Shown: positions 31,773-41,545 of the stretch, piece by piece
How the letters are laid out: each line of letters starts with the position of its first letter
How positions within the stretch are numbered: the stretch's first letter is position 1
Origin: Alphaproteobacteria bacterium
GTDB taxonomy: Bacteria > Pseudomonadota > Alphaproteobacteria > UBA828 > JAPUJA01
Assembly (NCBI GenBank): GCA_965198325.1
Contig: CBDAPE010000013.1
Location: 256,307 to 320,306 of the forward strand
DNA: 64,000 nt
Direction of reading: 5' to 3'
The notes under the pieces: model-generated
Told to the model about the DNA's origin: nothing
What the model saw: only the letters and a program-made list of their open reading frames with translations
The model's database searches: none
Position numbers and translations under genes: made by a program

Positions 31773-33524
31773 ATGACGTTTGGCGATTCCGACCAGCATA
31801 CGGGCGTTCGCTACCAGCCCGACGAAAGACCCCCGACGGCGCTCGCCTGCGGCCTCGGTCTTCAACTCGCCATCCTGTGCGCGGCCGGCATCGTGCTGAC
31901 CCCGGCGATCGTGGTCCGGGCCGCCGGCGGGACCGAAGCCTTCCTGTCATGGGTGGTCTTTGCCGCGGTCGCGGTCAGCGGTGTGAGCACGGTACTGCAA
32001 GCGGTCCGTGTCGGCCGTATCGGCGCGGGCTATGTCCTCGCCATGGGCACCTCCGGGGCGTTCATCGCGATCTGTGTCGCAACGCTTGCCACGGGTGGTC
32101 CGGCGATGCTCGCCACGCTGGTCGTCATTTCGTCTCTCTTCCAGTTCGCGCTTGCCTGGCGACTCTCGCTGCTCCGGCGGATCCTGACTCCAACCGTCGC
32201 GGGAACGGTGATCATGCTGATACCGGTCACCGTGATGCCGATCGTCTTCGACCTTCTGACGGAGGTTCCCGACGGAACCCCGGCACTGGCCGCTCCGCTG
32301 TGCGCCGTCGCGACTATGCTGATCATCTGCGGCATCTCGCTGAAGGCGACGGGCGCGTTGCGCCCGTGGGCACCAGTCATCGGCGTCGCCGCGGGCTCGG
32401 CGGTTGCCGGGTTCTACGGCCTCTACGATGTCGGCCGCATTGCCGAGGCTTCGTGGATCGGCCTTCCCGATGGCGGGTGGCCGGGTTTCGACATCAGTTT
32501 CGGACCGGTTTTCTGGGGGCTTCTCCCGGCCTTTGTGTTCGTGACCTTGGTCGGTGCCATCGAGACGCTCGGCGACGGAGTGGCCATCCAGCGCGTGTCC
32601 TGGCGTCGGCCCCGGGCGGTGGATTTCCGGGCGGTGCAGGGTGCGGTGGCCGCGGACGGCATGGGCAACCTGTTGTCCGGCCTAGCCGGGACAGTGCCGA
32701 ACACGACCTATTCGACGAGCATATCGGTGACCGCGCTTACCGGGGTCGGTGCCCGCAGCGTCGGCGTTGCGCTGGGGACGGCGCTCGTCGTCATGGCGTT
32801 CATTCCCAAGGCACTCGCCGTTGTCCTGGCGATACCGGGGCCGGTCGCGGCAGCCTACATCACCGTGCTGCTGGGGATGCTCTTCGTGGTTGGCATGAAG
32901 ATCGTCGTTCAGGATGGGATCGACTATCGCAAGGGCCTGATCGTCGGGGTTGCGTTCTGGATCGGGGTCGGCTTCCAGAACGGCTCGATCTTTCCCGAGC
33001 ATGTTTTGGAGGTCGCGGGCGGTCTCCTTCAGAACGGCATGACGACTGGGGGCCTGGTGGCCATCCTCCTGACCCTGTTCATGGAGCTGACAGCGTCCCG
33101 CCGCCGCCGGATCCAAGTGACGTTCGATGTCTCGGCGTTTCCGAAAGTCAGGGAGTTTCTCGGTGCGTTCGTATCCCGTAGCGGCTGGGGCGGCGCGATG
33201 GCGCATCGCCTCGACGCCGCTGCTGAGGAGACACTGCTGACGCTCCTGGGGCAAGACGAGGGCGAAGGGGATCGCAGGCACTGCCGACTGCTCCTGATCG
33301 CGCACAAGGAGGGCGGAGTCGCGGTTCTGGAGTTCATCGCCGCGCCTGGCGAGGAGAACCTCCAGGACCGGATCACGCTACTCGGCGAGCGGACCGACGA
33401 GGTTCCGATGGAACGGGAAGTCTCGCTGCGGCTGTTGCGGCACCTCGCATCCTCGGTTCACCACCAGCAATATCACGACACCGATATCGTGACCGTCCGC
33501 GTGGAAGCCCCAGGGCCGCTCTGA
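31773..33524 (+). CDS. NCS2-family nucleobase/xanthine-uracil permease with C-terminal cytoplasmic extension
   Basis: Multiple TM segments and a long hydrophobic core typical of xanthine/uracil permease family; about 130-aa soluble tail. Confidence 0.75.
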   Translation: MTFGDSDQHTGVRYQPDERPPTALACGLGLQLAILCAAGIVLTPAIVVRAAGGTEAFLSWVVFAAVAVSGVSTVLQAVRVGRIGAGYVLAMGTSGAFIAICVATLATGGPAMLATLVVISSLFQFALAWRLSLLRRILTPTVAGTVIMLIPVTVMPIVFDLLTEVPDGTPALAAPLCAVATMLIICGISLKATGALRPWAPVIGVAAGSAVAGFYGLYDVGRIAEASWIGLPDGGWPGFDISFGPVFWGLLPAFVFVTLVGAIETLGDGVAIQRVSWRRPRAVDFRAVQGAVAADGMGNLLSGLAGTVPNTTYSTSISVTALTGVGARSVGVALGTALVVMAFIPKALAVVLAIPGPVAAAYITVLLGMLFVVGMKIVVQDGIDYRKGLIVGVAFWIGVGFQNGSIFPEHVLEVAGGLLQNGMTTGGLVAILLTLFMELTASRRRRIQVTFDVSAFPKVREFLGAFVSRSGWGGAMAHRLDAAAEETLLTLLGQDEGEGDRRHCRLLLIAHKEGGVAVLEFIAAPGEENLQDRITLLGERTDEVPMEREVSLRLLRHLASSVHHQQYHDTDIVTVRVEAPGPL

Positions 33525-33654
33525 GACTGACGGTTGCGAAGGGGATCCACCGTTACGACACCGCCTTTACCGCGAGCAGCGGACGGTTGTGAAGGCAAGC
33601 CCTCATTCGGTGCCGCCTTCCGAGCCAATTACAACCGAGCCGTTTCAAGGTTGA

Positions 33655-33735
33655 CGGGTCCCTGTTCGGCGAGTGATTTTCCCTGTTCACCCTGGAAAAT
33701 TCCCTGTTAGGCTAATAATAATTTCCTGTTCCGTG
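33655..33735 (+). repeat. iteron-like array 1: four direct CCCTGTT-containing repeats at 21-22 bp spacing
   Basis: CCTGTT at 33661, 33682, 33703, 33725; followed by an AT-rich stretch to about 33860. Confidence 0.6.
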
Positions 33736-33865
33736 GCGTAGGGAATTGGGTCTAGATTCGGCATTGTCAATTTAACTGATTGTAGGCTGTTTTCGACATT
33801 TTTCCATGAGGCTAAGCCATTGAAATTGCATAGAGAAGCAATCGATAATCTACCGGGATTTCGGG

Positions 33866-34168
33866 ATGAACCCGTTTAACTTTACAAAGCCCCGGGACCG
33901 CCTGCTGACCTTCTACACCTTCCCGGCGGAGCATTGGAAGCATCTGCGCTCCACCAACCCGATCGAGAGCACCTTTGCCACGGTGCGGCTGCGGACCTAC
34001 AAGACCAAGGGTTGTCTCAGCCGCAAGACGGCGCTCGCAATGGTCTTCAAATTGCTCTTGAGTGCCAAGAAATCATGGCGCAGGCTCAACGGATCCGATC
34101 ACATCGCCGATGTCATACAAGGAGTGAGGTTCGAAGACGGCATCAAGCCAATCAAACACGCCGCCTGA
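33866..34168 (+). pseudogene. IS256-family transposase C-terminal fragment (different member from copies A-C)
   Basis: FPAEHWKHLRSTNPIESTFATVRLRTYKTKGCLSRKTALAMVFKLLLSAKKSWRRLNG (mutator C-terminal signature). Confidence 0.7.
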
Positions 34169-34214
34169 CCAACCCATCACCAACTTTTGAGCATAGCTCC
34201 CCGGCTCAAGCCGA

Positions 34215-34574
34215 TTTGCTTCGACACTGCCCGACAAGGGCCCGCATTTCTATCACTGGCGCGGTGACAGCTTTGAGTTGCCCGCGGGCGGTGAATTGTT
34301 TGCGACGGGCTTGATGTTTTCCATCGAGCGGTTCAGCGTGAATGAGAAAGGTTGGCGCATGCAGTTTCATCCCGAGGTGATTGGCGCGGTCCGGCAGCGC
34401 TGGGTGGAGACGGACGACCCGAGTGGCGCTCTGAATCGCAAGGGTGCACAAAGCGGCGAGGAGCAGGAGGCGCTTCGCCGGCTTCACAAGCCCCGCATGC
34501 AGGGTTGGCTCGACCGTTTCCCCGGCCACCGGCTCGAGGCGCCGGACGGCGCGGTTCGCGAGACGGGCGAATGA
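34215..34574 (+). pseudogene. class I glutamine amidotransferase C-terminal fragment
   Basis: …HFYHWRGDSFELPAGGELFATGLMFSIERFSVNEKGWRMQFHPEV… (GATase1 C-terminal motif); N-terminus replaced by the IS256-family fragment. Confidence 0.55.
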
Positions 34575-35344
34575 GCCGGGTTGCGGGCAAGGTCGCGCTG
34601 GTGACCGGCGCAGGCAGGGGCATCGGCAGGGCCTGCGCCGACCTGTTGGCCCGTGAGGGGGCACAGGTCGCGCTGGCCGATATCGTCGCAGAGAGCACCG
34701 TGCTCGCCGCCGATGTGATCGAGCAGGCGGGAGGCCAGGCTTTGGCGCTTGCTCTCGACGTGACCGACGAACCGGCGTGGCGGCATGCGATTGCGCACAC
34801 CGTGGACCGCTTCGGCGGGCTCGATATCCTGGTCAACAATGCCGGTATCGCCGGCCCGGAGAATGTCGAGACCACCGACCTTGCGCTCTGGCACAAGGTC
34901 ATGGGAGTAAACCTGACTGGCACCTTCCTTGGCATGAAGCACGCGATCCCCGTGATGCGCACACGCGGCGGCGGCTCGATCATCAACATGAATTCGACCT
35001 ACGGGCTGACCGGCGGCGACGGCTCGGCGGCCTATTGCGCGAGCAAGGGCGGCATCGCCACCCTGACCAAGTCGGCGGCGCTTCACTGCGGCAAGCAGGG
35101 CACGAAGATCCGGGTGAACGGCGTCTGCCCCGGCGCGATCCTGACCGATCTCCTGTTCCGCGCTGCCGATCGCTATCCGGACGGGCGCGAGGCGGGGCTT
35201 GCCGCCATGGCCGCCGCGCATCCGCTGGGACGAAACGGCACGCCCGAGGATATCGCCAACGGCGTGCTTTACCTGGCCTCGGACGAATCGAGTTTCGTCA
35301 CGGGCACACACCTTGTGATCGATGGCGGCATCCTCGCCGAATAG
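34571..35344 (+). CDS. SDR-family oxidoreductase
   Basis: TGAGRGIG cofactor motif, NNAG, YCASK catalytic motif; ATGA overlap with the upstream fragment. Confidence 0.85.
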   Translation: MSRVAGKVALVTGAGRGIGRACADLLAREGAQVALADIVAESTVLAADVIEQAGGQALALALDVTDEPAWRHAIAHTVDRFGGLDILVNNAGIAGPENVETTDLALWHKVMGVNLTGTFLGMKHAIPVMRTRGGGSIINMNSTYGLTGGDGSAAYCASKGGIATLTKSAALHCGKQGTKIRVNGVCPGAILTDLLFRAADRYPDGREAGLAAMAAAHPLGRNGTPEDIANGVLYLASDESSFVTGTHLVIDGGILAE

Positions 35345-35457
35345 GGCGATGTCTGAGCGACTAAAAGTTCTCAAGGCAGCGCCGGGGCTTTGTCAAGTTA
35401 ACCGGATTCACTCCAATTTCTCGGTAAATTGTCGATGGCAGCCCTACGCAATTTCAG

Positions 35458-35698
35458 TTGTCCCTCCCAATTATTCCATCTGCGGCAGAAACCTTGGAAT
35501 TCTGCATCACCCTCGGACACCCTATCCGACAGGCATAAGATCATCGAAGCCCTCCCCGCCGTCTTCCGCGAACTCGTCGTCGATCGCGCGGCGCCACACA
35601 CAGAACCTCTTGCCCTCCACCAGCAGGGAGCCGTCCTGAAGCGGAAAAGGTCCCGGCCGTCGCTTCGGATGTCCGATGGAATAAACAGAAGGGACAGG
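35458..35698. repeat. MITE-like element, copy 3, 16 bp upstream of the dinB start
   Basis: TIRs TTGTCCCTCCCAATTATTCCATC / rc CCTGTCCCTTCTGTTTATTCCATC; about 93% identical to copy 1. Confidence 0.65.
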
Positions 35699-35713
35699 TG
35701 CTATGATCGTGCC

Positions 35714-37003
35714 GTGGATACCCTGTGCCGCGACTGCGGCCATCGGCCGCCCCCCGACGCCGAGACCTGCCCGGCCTGCGGCTCGGCTCGCGTCGCGCGG
35801 CACAAGGAACTTCATGGCCTCGCCGTCGCCCATCTCGACTGCGACGCCTTCTACGCCGCTATCGAGAAACGCGACCGCCCGGAGTTGCGCGACGTCCCCG
35901 TGATCGTCGGGGGACGCCACCGGGGCGTGGTGTCCGCCTGCTGCTACATCGCCCGCACCTACGGCGTGCACTCGGCCATGCCGATGTTCAAGGCCCTGAA
36001 GGCTTGTCCCGACGCCACCGTCGTCAAGCCCGACATGAAGAAGTACATCGCGGTGGGCCGCGAGGTCCGGTCGATGATGCTTGACTTGACGCCCCTGGTC
36101 GAACCGCTCTCCATCGACGAGGCCTTCATGGACCTCAGCGGCACGGAGTCGCTTCATGGCGCTAGTCCGGCCACTACCCTGGCGGGGCTGGCGCGCCGGG
36201 CGGAGGAGGAGCTTTCCATCACCGTCTCGATCGGGCTCAGCTACAACAAGTTCTTGGCCAAGATCGCCTCCGACCTGGACAAGCCGTGGGGTTTCGCAGT
36301 GATCGGCCGGACCGAGGCCCGGTCCTTTCTCGCCGGCAAGCCGGTCGGTCTGTTGTGGGGGGTGGGCGAGGCCATGCAACGGCGCCTCGTAGGGGATGGC
36401 ATCACGCTGATCGGCGAACTGGCCCGCATCGAGGAGGCCGAGCTTGTTGCGCGCTACGGCAAGATCGGCCGGCGGCTGTGGTCGTATGCCCGGGGCGAGG
36501 ACGACCGCCCGGTCGACCCCGACCGCGAGGCCAGGAGTATGTCCTCGGAGATCACTCTCGACGAGGACATTTCCGACCCGGACCGGCTGCGGTCGATCCT
36601 GTGGCAGCTCGCCGAGACGGTGGCGCGGCGCATGAAGAAGGCCGGCGTCGCCGGTGAGGGTGTCACGCTGAAGCTCAAGACCGAGGATTTCCGCACCATC
36701 ACCCGAAGCCGCCGTCTCAACATCTCCACGCACTCGGCCGAGGAGATGTTCCGGACAGCCGAGCCCCTTCTCGCCCACGAGGCCGACGGGCGTGCCTTCC
36801 GCCTGATCGGCATCGGCGCCCATGATCTCGTCGAGGCCGGCCAGGTTCTTCAGGGTGACCTCTTCGCCGCTGCCGGTCCGGTCGAGAGCAGGATCGACAA
36901 GGTACTGGACGCGGTGTGGGACAGGTTCGGCGACGATGCCATCGTCAGGGGCCGCAGCTTCGGCACGAGGCTCAAGCGGCAAGGGCCCTCGAAGGTCGAC
37001 TGA
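35714..37003 (+). CDS. dinB: DNA polymerase IV (DinB) with N-terminal CxxC…CxxC zinc-ribbon extension; GTG start inferred
   Basis: …LCRDCGHRPPPDAETCPACGS… then LDCDAFYAAIEKRD, SIDEAFMDL, palm/fingers/little-finger regions; the ORF-table start at 35429 is an in-frame run-through of the MITE. Confidence 0.8.
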   Translation: MDTLCRDCGHRPPPDAETCPACGSARVARHKELHGLAVAHLDCDAFYAAIEKRDRPELRDVPVIVGGRHRGVVSACCYIARTYGVHSAMPMFKALKACPDATVVKPDMKKYIAVGREVRSMMLDLTPLVEPLSIDEAFMDLSGTESLHGASPATTLAGLARRAEEELSITVSIGLSYNKFLAKIASDLDKPWGFAVIGRTEARSFLAGKPVGLLWGVGEAMQRRLVGDGITLIGELARIEEAELVARYGKIGRRLWSYARGEDDRPVDPDREARSMSSEITLDEDISDPDRLRSILWQLAETVARRMKKAGVAGEGVTLKLKTEDFRTITRSRRLNISTHSAEEMFRTAEPLLAHEADGRAFRLIGIGAHDLVEAGQVLQGDLFAAAGPVESRIDKVLDAVWDRFGDDAIVRGRSFGTRLKRQGPSKVD

Positions 37004-37378
37004 CGCTCGCGGGTTCCGGCGCGGCTCTTCCGACAGGCGCCGTCTGGCGTTCCTGAATTCCGCCCGATGAAATATCGCGGGCGACGCGGCGTCATCGCCG
37101 CCGCTATCTCTGCATCTTCATCCCGATACCGCGCGGCTTGCGAACATCCACCGGCTCGACCCGTCCGCTCTCGCGGTTCCTGCGAATGTCCCGCTCCGCC
37201 TTCTCGGCCGGGTCTTTCCTGCTCATGGATTTCTGCCTCATCTTCCGTTCCCTTCGGTCTCTAAGATGAGCTAGAAATCCTCCCTTATCAAAACCCCTCA
37301 GTCTGCTCCATAGGCGCTGACGGCGGACAGCGGCTTCCGTGATAGCCGGGCGAAGCGTTGTAATGGGCCGGCGAGCGA

Positions 37379-37744
37379 TCACTCATTGAAGAAGACGTAT
37401 TTGTTGCCGTCCAGATCGCGGAAGTAGCCGCCGTAGAACGTTCCCCCGCGGGGCCCGGGCGCGCCTTCGTCAGTCGCGCCGAGTGAAATGGCCTTGGCGT
37501 ACAAGGCGTCGACCTTGTCGTTGCTGCCGGCATGGAGCGCGACCATATTGCCGTTGCCGGGTTTCGCTTCGTTGCCGTCGGCGGGCTTGATGATCATGAA
37601 CATGGTGGCGCCTTCGCCGTCTGACCAGCCGACGGAGTGATCCGATTCTATCGTGCGTTTGGCGCCCATCTCGGCCAGCAGCACGTCCCAGAATTTCGCC
37701 GCGCGGGCCATATCGTTGGTGCCGACGGTGAGATATCCAATCAT
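37379..37744 (-). CDS. VOC/glyoxalase-bleomycin resistance family protein
   Basis: 121 aa MIGYLTVGTNDMARAAKFWDVLL… typical of the VOC fold. Confidence 0.75.
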   Translation of the reverse strand: MIGYLTVGTNDMARAAKFWDVLLAEMGAKRTIESDHSVGWSDGEGATMFMIIKPADGNEAKPGNGNMVALHAGSNDKVDALYAKAISLGATDEGAPGPRGGTFYGGYFRDLDGNKYVFFNE

Positions 37745-38192
37745 GTTTTTCCCCTTCTATGATGCCTGTCCATAGCCCGTTGAAAAAGACGCCGCTGACC
37801 GTGTTTCAACCCACAACACAGCATAATGGGGCGAAGACGGTCCCACCAACCGCCGAGACGACGAGGACGATGTGAGCGACCAGAATAGCTCAGGCAGACG
37901 CAATAAGCACGAATAAGCAGATTTTTCAAACGCCAGAGGACCGGAACGCTACAAATGATGGACGCTTCCATGCCCGTTCCCCATCCGCTGGCCGAGCGCA
38001 TGGACCCCGAGTAGGGTAAATGGGGCGGTGGCATGCTCGCCGCTCTCGTGGTCGATGGTCGCGGCCTGCCGCCGCCGCAGCGCTTCACGAGCGTCCTGGC
38101 TGGGAGCACCGGGCATCGTGCCGCGTGCGATCGCATCGGGGTCGATCACCTCTACCCCGCTGAGCCAGGTGGTGCGCGTTAAGGTGGAATTG

Positions 38193-38340
38193 CCTGTCCC
38201 TCCCATTTATTCTATCCGCGGCAGAAACCCTGCTATTTTGGGCGCATCTGCGACTGGCTTGGCTGGTTGCACCGAAGGACGTTCAGTTGATGACGAGGTG
38301 CGATGTTCTTGAGCTGTCGCATGGCGCGACTGCAAAAGCC
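38193..38340. repeat. MITE-family fragment, subgroup B (left TIR plus 3' segment)
   Basis: CTGTCCCTCCCATTTATTCTATCCGCGGCAGAAACCCTGCTATTTTGGGCGC…CCCGAGAGAACACCGTG; homologous to 38822-38990 and to 29590-29650. Confidence 0.55.
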
Positions 38341-38364
38341 CGAGAGAACACCGTGTGTCCCCCG

Positions 38365-38530
38365 TCAGCACTTATGAGACAGATTGCGGTTATTGAATAA
38401 CGGAGGATTTCTGGCTCAACGTAACCGCCAAGGAGTGGAGAGATGAGACAGCAATCCGGAACCCGAGAATCGTCGTCTGAGCGGCTTGTCAAGGGCGTTG
38501 TCAGAGCAAATCGGCTTGAGCCCCCTGGCG
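38365..38530 (+). pseudogene. IS3-family left end (IRL plus orfA start) fragment
   Basis: GAGACAGATTGCGGTTATTGAATAACGGAGGATTTCTGGCTCAACGTAACCGCCAAGGAGTGGAGAGATGAGACAGCAATCCGGAACCCG… about 85% identical to 42831-42960. Confidence 0.55.
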
Positions 38531-38550
38531 AGGTCTCTTAGCGTTTAAGA

Positions 38551-38821
38551 ATGCAAAACCCCTTCCGTTATTTCAACAGTTCGCCCGAGATCATCTGGCT
38601 CGCTGTGATGATGTATGTTCGCTTCCCGCTGTCGCTGCGGCAGGTCGAGGACCTGCTGTCCGAGCGTGGCATCGACATCTGCCACGAGACCGTGCGGTAC
38701 TGGTGGAACCGGTTTGGTCCGCTGTTTGCCGCGGAGATCCGGAAGCGCCGGGTTCATCGTCATTGGTATTCGAACTGGCGCTGGCACCTTGATGAGGAGT
38801 TCGTGCGGATCAACGGGAAGA
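38551..38821 (+). pseudogene. IS6-family transposase N-terminal fragment
   Basis: …PLSLRQVEDLLSERGIDICHETVRYWWNRFGPLFAAEIRKRRVH…WHLDEEFVRINGK (IS6/IS26 hallmark); cut by a MITE fragment at 38822. Confidence 0.7.
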
Positions 38822-38990
38822 CCTGTCCCTTCCATTAATCCCATCCGGCGCAGAAACCCAGGTATTTTGGGCGCCCCAGCGACTGGCTTCGCCGGTCGCG
38901 CCGAAGGACGTCCAGGCGATGACGAGGCGCGATGATCTTGAGCTGCCGCATGGCGCGACTGCGAAAGCCCGAGAGAACGCCGCGAAGCAG
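38822..38990. repeat. MITE-family fragment, subgroup B
   Basis: CCTGTCCCTTCCATTAATCCCATCCGGCGCAGAAACCCAGGTATTTTGGGCGCC…CCCGAGAGAACGCCGCGAAGCAGGATCGCGTGCAG. Confidence 0.55.
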
Positions 38991-39138
38991 GATCGCGTGC
39001 AGCCCACCAACGCTAGCGGCATCACCCGGAAAAGCCTGGACTTCTACCGCCGGACGAACTCTACAGGAGGGACGATAGCCCTTCGGGCCTCGAGACACGT
39101 TTCGGACCCGCGAATGGCGGAGCGAAAGGACGAAGACG

Positions 39139-39786
39139 ATGCTCGACCGCAAGAAAGACGAGGAGAGCGCCAAGCCCGCGCCGGAAACGGCGCCCGACAA
39201 CGACGATCCCAAGAGCGCGGCCGAGCCGGCTTACGTACCGACCCCGGCCACCCCCAAGCCTCCGGCACCGGGGCTGTCCGGTATGTCCGCGATCCCCCGC
39301 CGGCTCGCGGACATACCGCAAGGAGACTTCTGGACGAGTGCTCCGCCGGCATGGCTCGATGGCTATCTGTCGGCCGCCGCACTCGCGCCCCTGGCGCCCC
39401 GCCCCGGGGTTTGGCTCTCCGCCGTAGCGGAGCGGGACCGAGGCATGGGTGATGACCGGACGCTGGAGCAATTCCTTTCGCTGGCGACGGGACGGTACAA
39501 CGAACTCCTCACCGGACTGGGCGAGGGAAGATTCGGTGCGGCGATGCTCGCCGGTCTGGGCGACGGCGATCTCACGGCCTGGGCACGGGGCTTCGCCCAA
39601 GGCGTCCGAGTTCTCGAGGACGTCTGGCTCCGGCGGAAGTTCCAGGCAGACGATCGTCGGGCGCTGTCGCTGATCGCCGCTCTCGCGGGCGGAGAGCCTC
39701 CCGATGAAACCTCACGCGGCGTTCTGGCGGAGTTCATCGATGGAAGAGCCGCAATACGGCAGGACCCCCGAGCTGTTGCCCGCTAA
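39139..39786 (+). CDS. hypothetical protein, YecA/UPF0149-like
   Basis: …WLDGYLSAAALAPLAPRPGVWLSAV… resembles the UPF0149 core; Pro/Ala-rich N-terminus. Confidence 0.45.
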   Translation: MLDRKKDEESAKPAPETAPDNDDPKSAAEPAYVPTPATPKPPAPGLSGMSAIPRRLADIPQGDFWTSAPPAWLDGYLSAAALAPLAPRPGVWLSAVAERDRGMGDDRTLEQFLSLATGRYNELLTGLGEGRFGAAMLAGLGDGDLTAWARGFAQGVRVLEDVWLRRKFQADDRRALSLIAALAGGEPPDETSRGVLAEFIDGRAAIRQDPRAVAR

Positions 39787-40148
39787 CGAAGAGTGAAGCC
39801 TGGCGATGTTGAAGGCCGGAGATCAGGATTTCCGGGCCATCATCGAGCACTGGACGCCGGCTGCCTCGGGCTGGGATACCCCAAGCCGGGTGAGGATTTC
39901 ATGACGACCATCGAAGCCCGCCGCGTCACAGCGACGATGAAGATAACACAACCGATGCCGGATCTTGATGGAATGGACGCGCCGGTACGCCACTGCCTGA
40001 ATTCCGCTTGTCCAGCCCGCATGGTCACTGCGCGGTCGCCGTTCTACCGATCCGGCTCACAACTCATGGTGTCGCGCTCGGATTTGGCCGATGGCCAAAA
40101 AATCTGAATCAATGAGGCTAACGGATTCTCCGCCAGCCCAGGCGGCCG

Positions 40149-40343
40149 TTAGTTATCGGTCGCCATCTCAGGGTCAAACGGCGATGCCTTGGAAGCGCGT
40201 GCGAAGCAAGACCCGCATAGCATCCGGCGTGCCGGCGTGGTCTCGAACTCGCGGCCGCAGAGGGAGCACGGCCGGCGGCGCGAGACGAAAGGCGGCGTTG
40301 GGGATTCGCCGCCTTCCGTGAACTCTTCCGGGCCGTTCGTCAT
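40149..40343 (-). CDS. small zinc-ribbon protein (64 aa), hypothetical
   Basis: CSLCGREFETTPARRMLCGSC (CxxC…CxxC). Confidence 0.3.
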   Translation of the reverse strand: MTNGPEEFTEGGESPTPPFVSRRRPCSLCGREFETTPARRMLCGSCFARASKASPFDPEMATDN

Positions 40344-40416
40344 TCCGCCTCCATGAGCCCTGCGAGCGCGGCCGCTTGCCCGCCGTCAAGCCATTCAGGA
40401 CATCTGAGGCAGCTAC

Positions 40417-40809
40417 TTGACAGTGGATTTGGTTCATCCTGGATTGATGTCAAGCCGCTTGGCGTTGATGGTTCAATCGGCGGTTTCAGGTGGTCAGTTG
40501 CTTGATCTTTGCCCTCCTTTCGAAGATGGCCGTGTCGCGCCCGAAGGAGGCGCCGGCGACCACTATCAGTTGGCTTATATCCGGGCGCGGTTCGACGCGC
40601 CCAAGCCGGTCACGATCGGCGGCCCGTGGGGAATGTGGGACCTTCTCGATCCGGCCCACGACCCGGTTGAATTCCTGACCCTGCTCGCGGACGAATACTG
40701 GCCCATCCTCAATCCACCCCTCCACGAAACCTTGCTCGCAGTTTTCGATGGGCTGGCCGTTCCGGCCCCGAGTGACGGCGAGAATCACGGCGAGGATTTC
40801 GCCGACTGA
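40417..40809 (+). CDS. hypothetical protein (130 aa)
   Basis: Clean acidic ORF; no recognisable domain. Confidence 0.35.
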   Translation: MTVDLVHPGLMSSRLALMVQSAVSGGQLLDLCPPFEDGRVAPEGGAGDHYQLAYIRARFDAPKPVTIGGPWGMWDLLDPAHDPVEFLTLLADEYWPILNPPLHETLLAVFDGLAVPAPSDGENHGEDFAD

Positions 40810-41304
40810 AATCTACGCCCTCGACGCCACGATTCGGGCTCTTCGATCGCGCCAATCTCGCCGGTTTTACGGAACCCTCGATCACGCGCATTTATCCGGC
40901 CGTAAACAGCCGGTAAATCGCCGCTTCACGCCCCCTTACCAGCGCCGAGTGCCAAGACTTTCCACCGCGTCCGTCGCCCGCTTCGCGCCTGGAACCGCCT
41001 CGCACAACCTGTCGATAATGTTCCCTCTGTCCCGCCTGGTCCCGGATAGTCCCGCCTGGTCCCACTTCGATTCGCCGGTGCCAAGACTTGTGATGCCCTG
41101 CACGGAGACAGGTTCGCGGCGGACTGCGCACACAGCCAACCACCCCGCACATTTGTCTCTGAACAGGCTATTGGTGGCCAAGCGCTGGAAACATGGGCGG
41201 TATTCGGACCCATTCCGGTACTGCATCTGCTCCCGGGCTCCAGGCCGCGGAGCAAACGGGCCCCTGTCAGGGCGGCGTCTCCGGTGGTCCGCTGGCCGGG
41301 TGAG

Positions 41305-41545
41305 TTTCCTGTTAAACAGGGGAAAACAGGGAATTTTTTGCATTTCAGGCCCAATAACAGGGGTTTTCGGACGATGCGGGCGACGCCCTGTAGAATTCTG
41401 TACGTTATCTCAATGAGTTGCACCGCAAAAAAGCACTTTCCTGTTATTGACGATAACAGGACTTGTTATTGGCTAATAACAGGGCATTTTTCCGCCGTAA
41501 CAGGGCGCATCTTCGGATTAACAGGGCCGCGTAGAGGCGCGATCA
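41305..41545 (-). repeat. iteron-like array 2: palindromic pairs plus four direct AACAGG(G) repeats at 21-23 bp spacing
   Basis: Inverted pairs CCTGTTAAACAGG (41308-41320) and CCTGTTATTGACGATAACAGG (41440-41460); direct repeats at 41455, 41478, 41499, 41520; AT-rich spacers; a DnaA-box-like TTATCTCAA at 41406. Confidence 0.65.

Noticed and set aside
35429-35713. N-terminal 95 residues of ORF 35429..37003 (TTG start)
   Set aside because: Entirely MITE sequence that happens to be in frame with dinB. The same peptide string occurs in the other MITE copies (24403 and 29109 ORFs).
37104-37382. ORF 37104..37382- (Arg/Lys-rich 92 aa)
   Set aside because: Low complexity. It overlaps the 25-bp repeated motif. 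No supporting features.
40748-41416. ORFs 40748..41416+ and 40926..41423- overlapping the iteron region
   Set aside because: Arg/Pro-rich with no domain signal. Mutually overlapping on opposite strands. Likely non-coding origin-like DNA.
41288-41545. Possible CRISPR array (short periodic repeats)
   Set aside because: Repeat units are only about 8 bp conserved within 21-23-bp periods and include palindromic pairs. There is no repeat-spacer architecture of 28-37-bp repeats and no cas genes. Interpreted as iterons.
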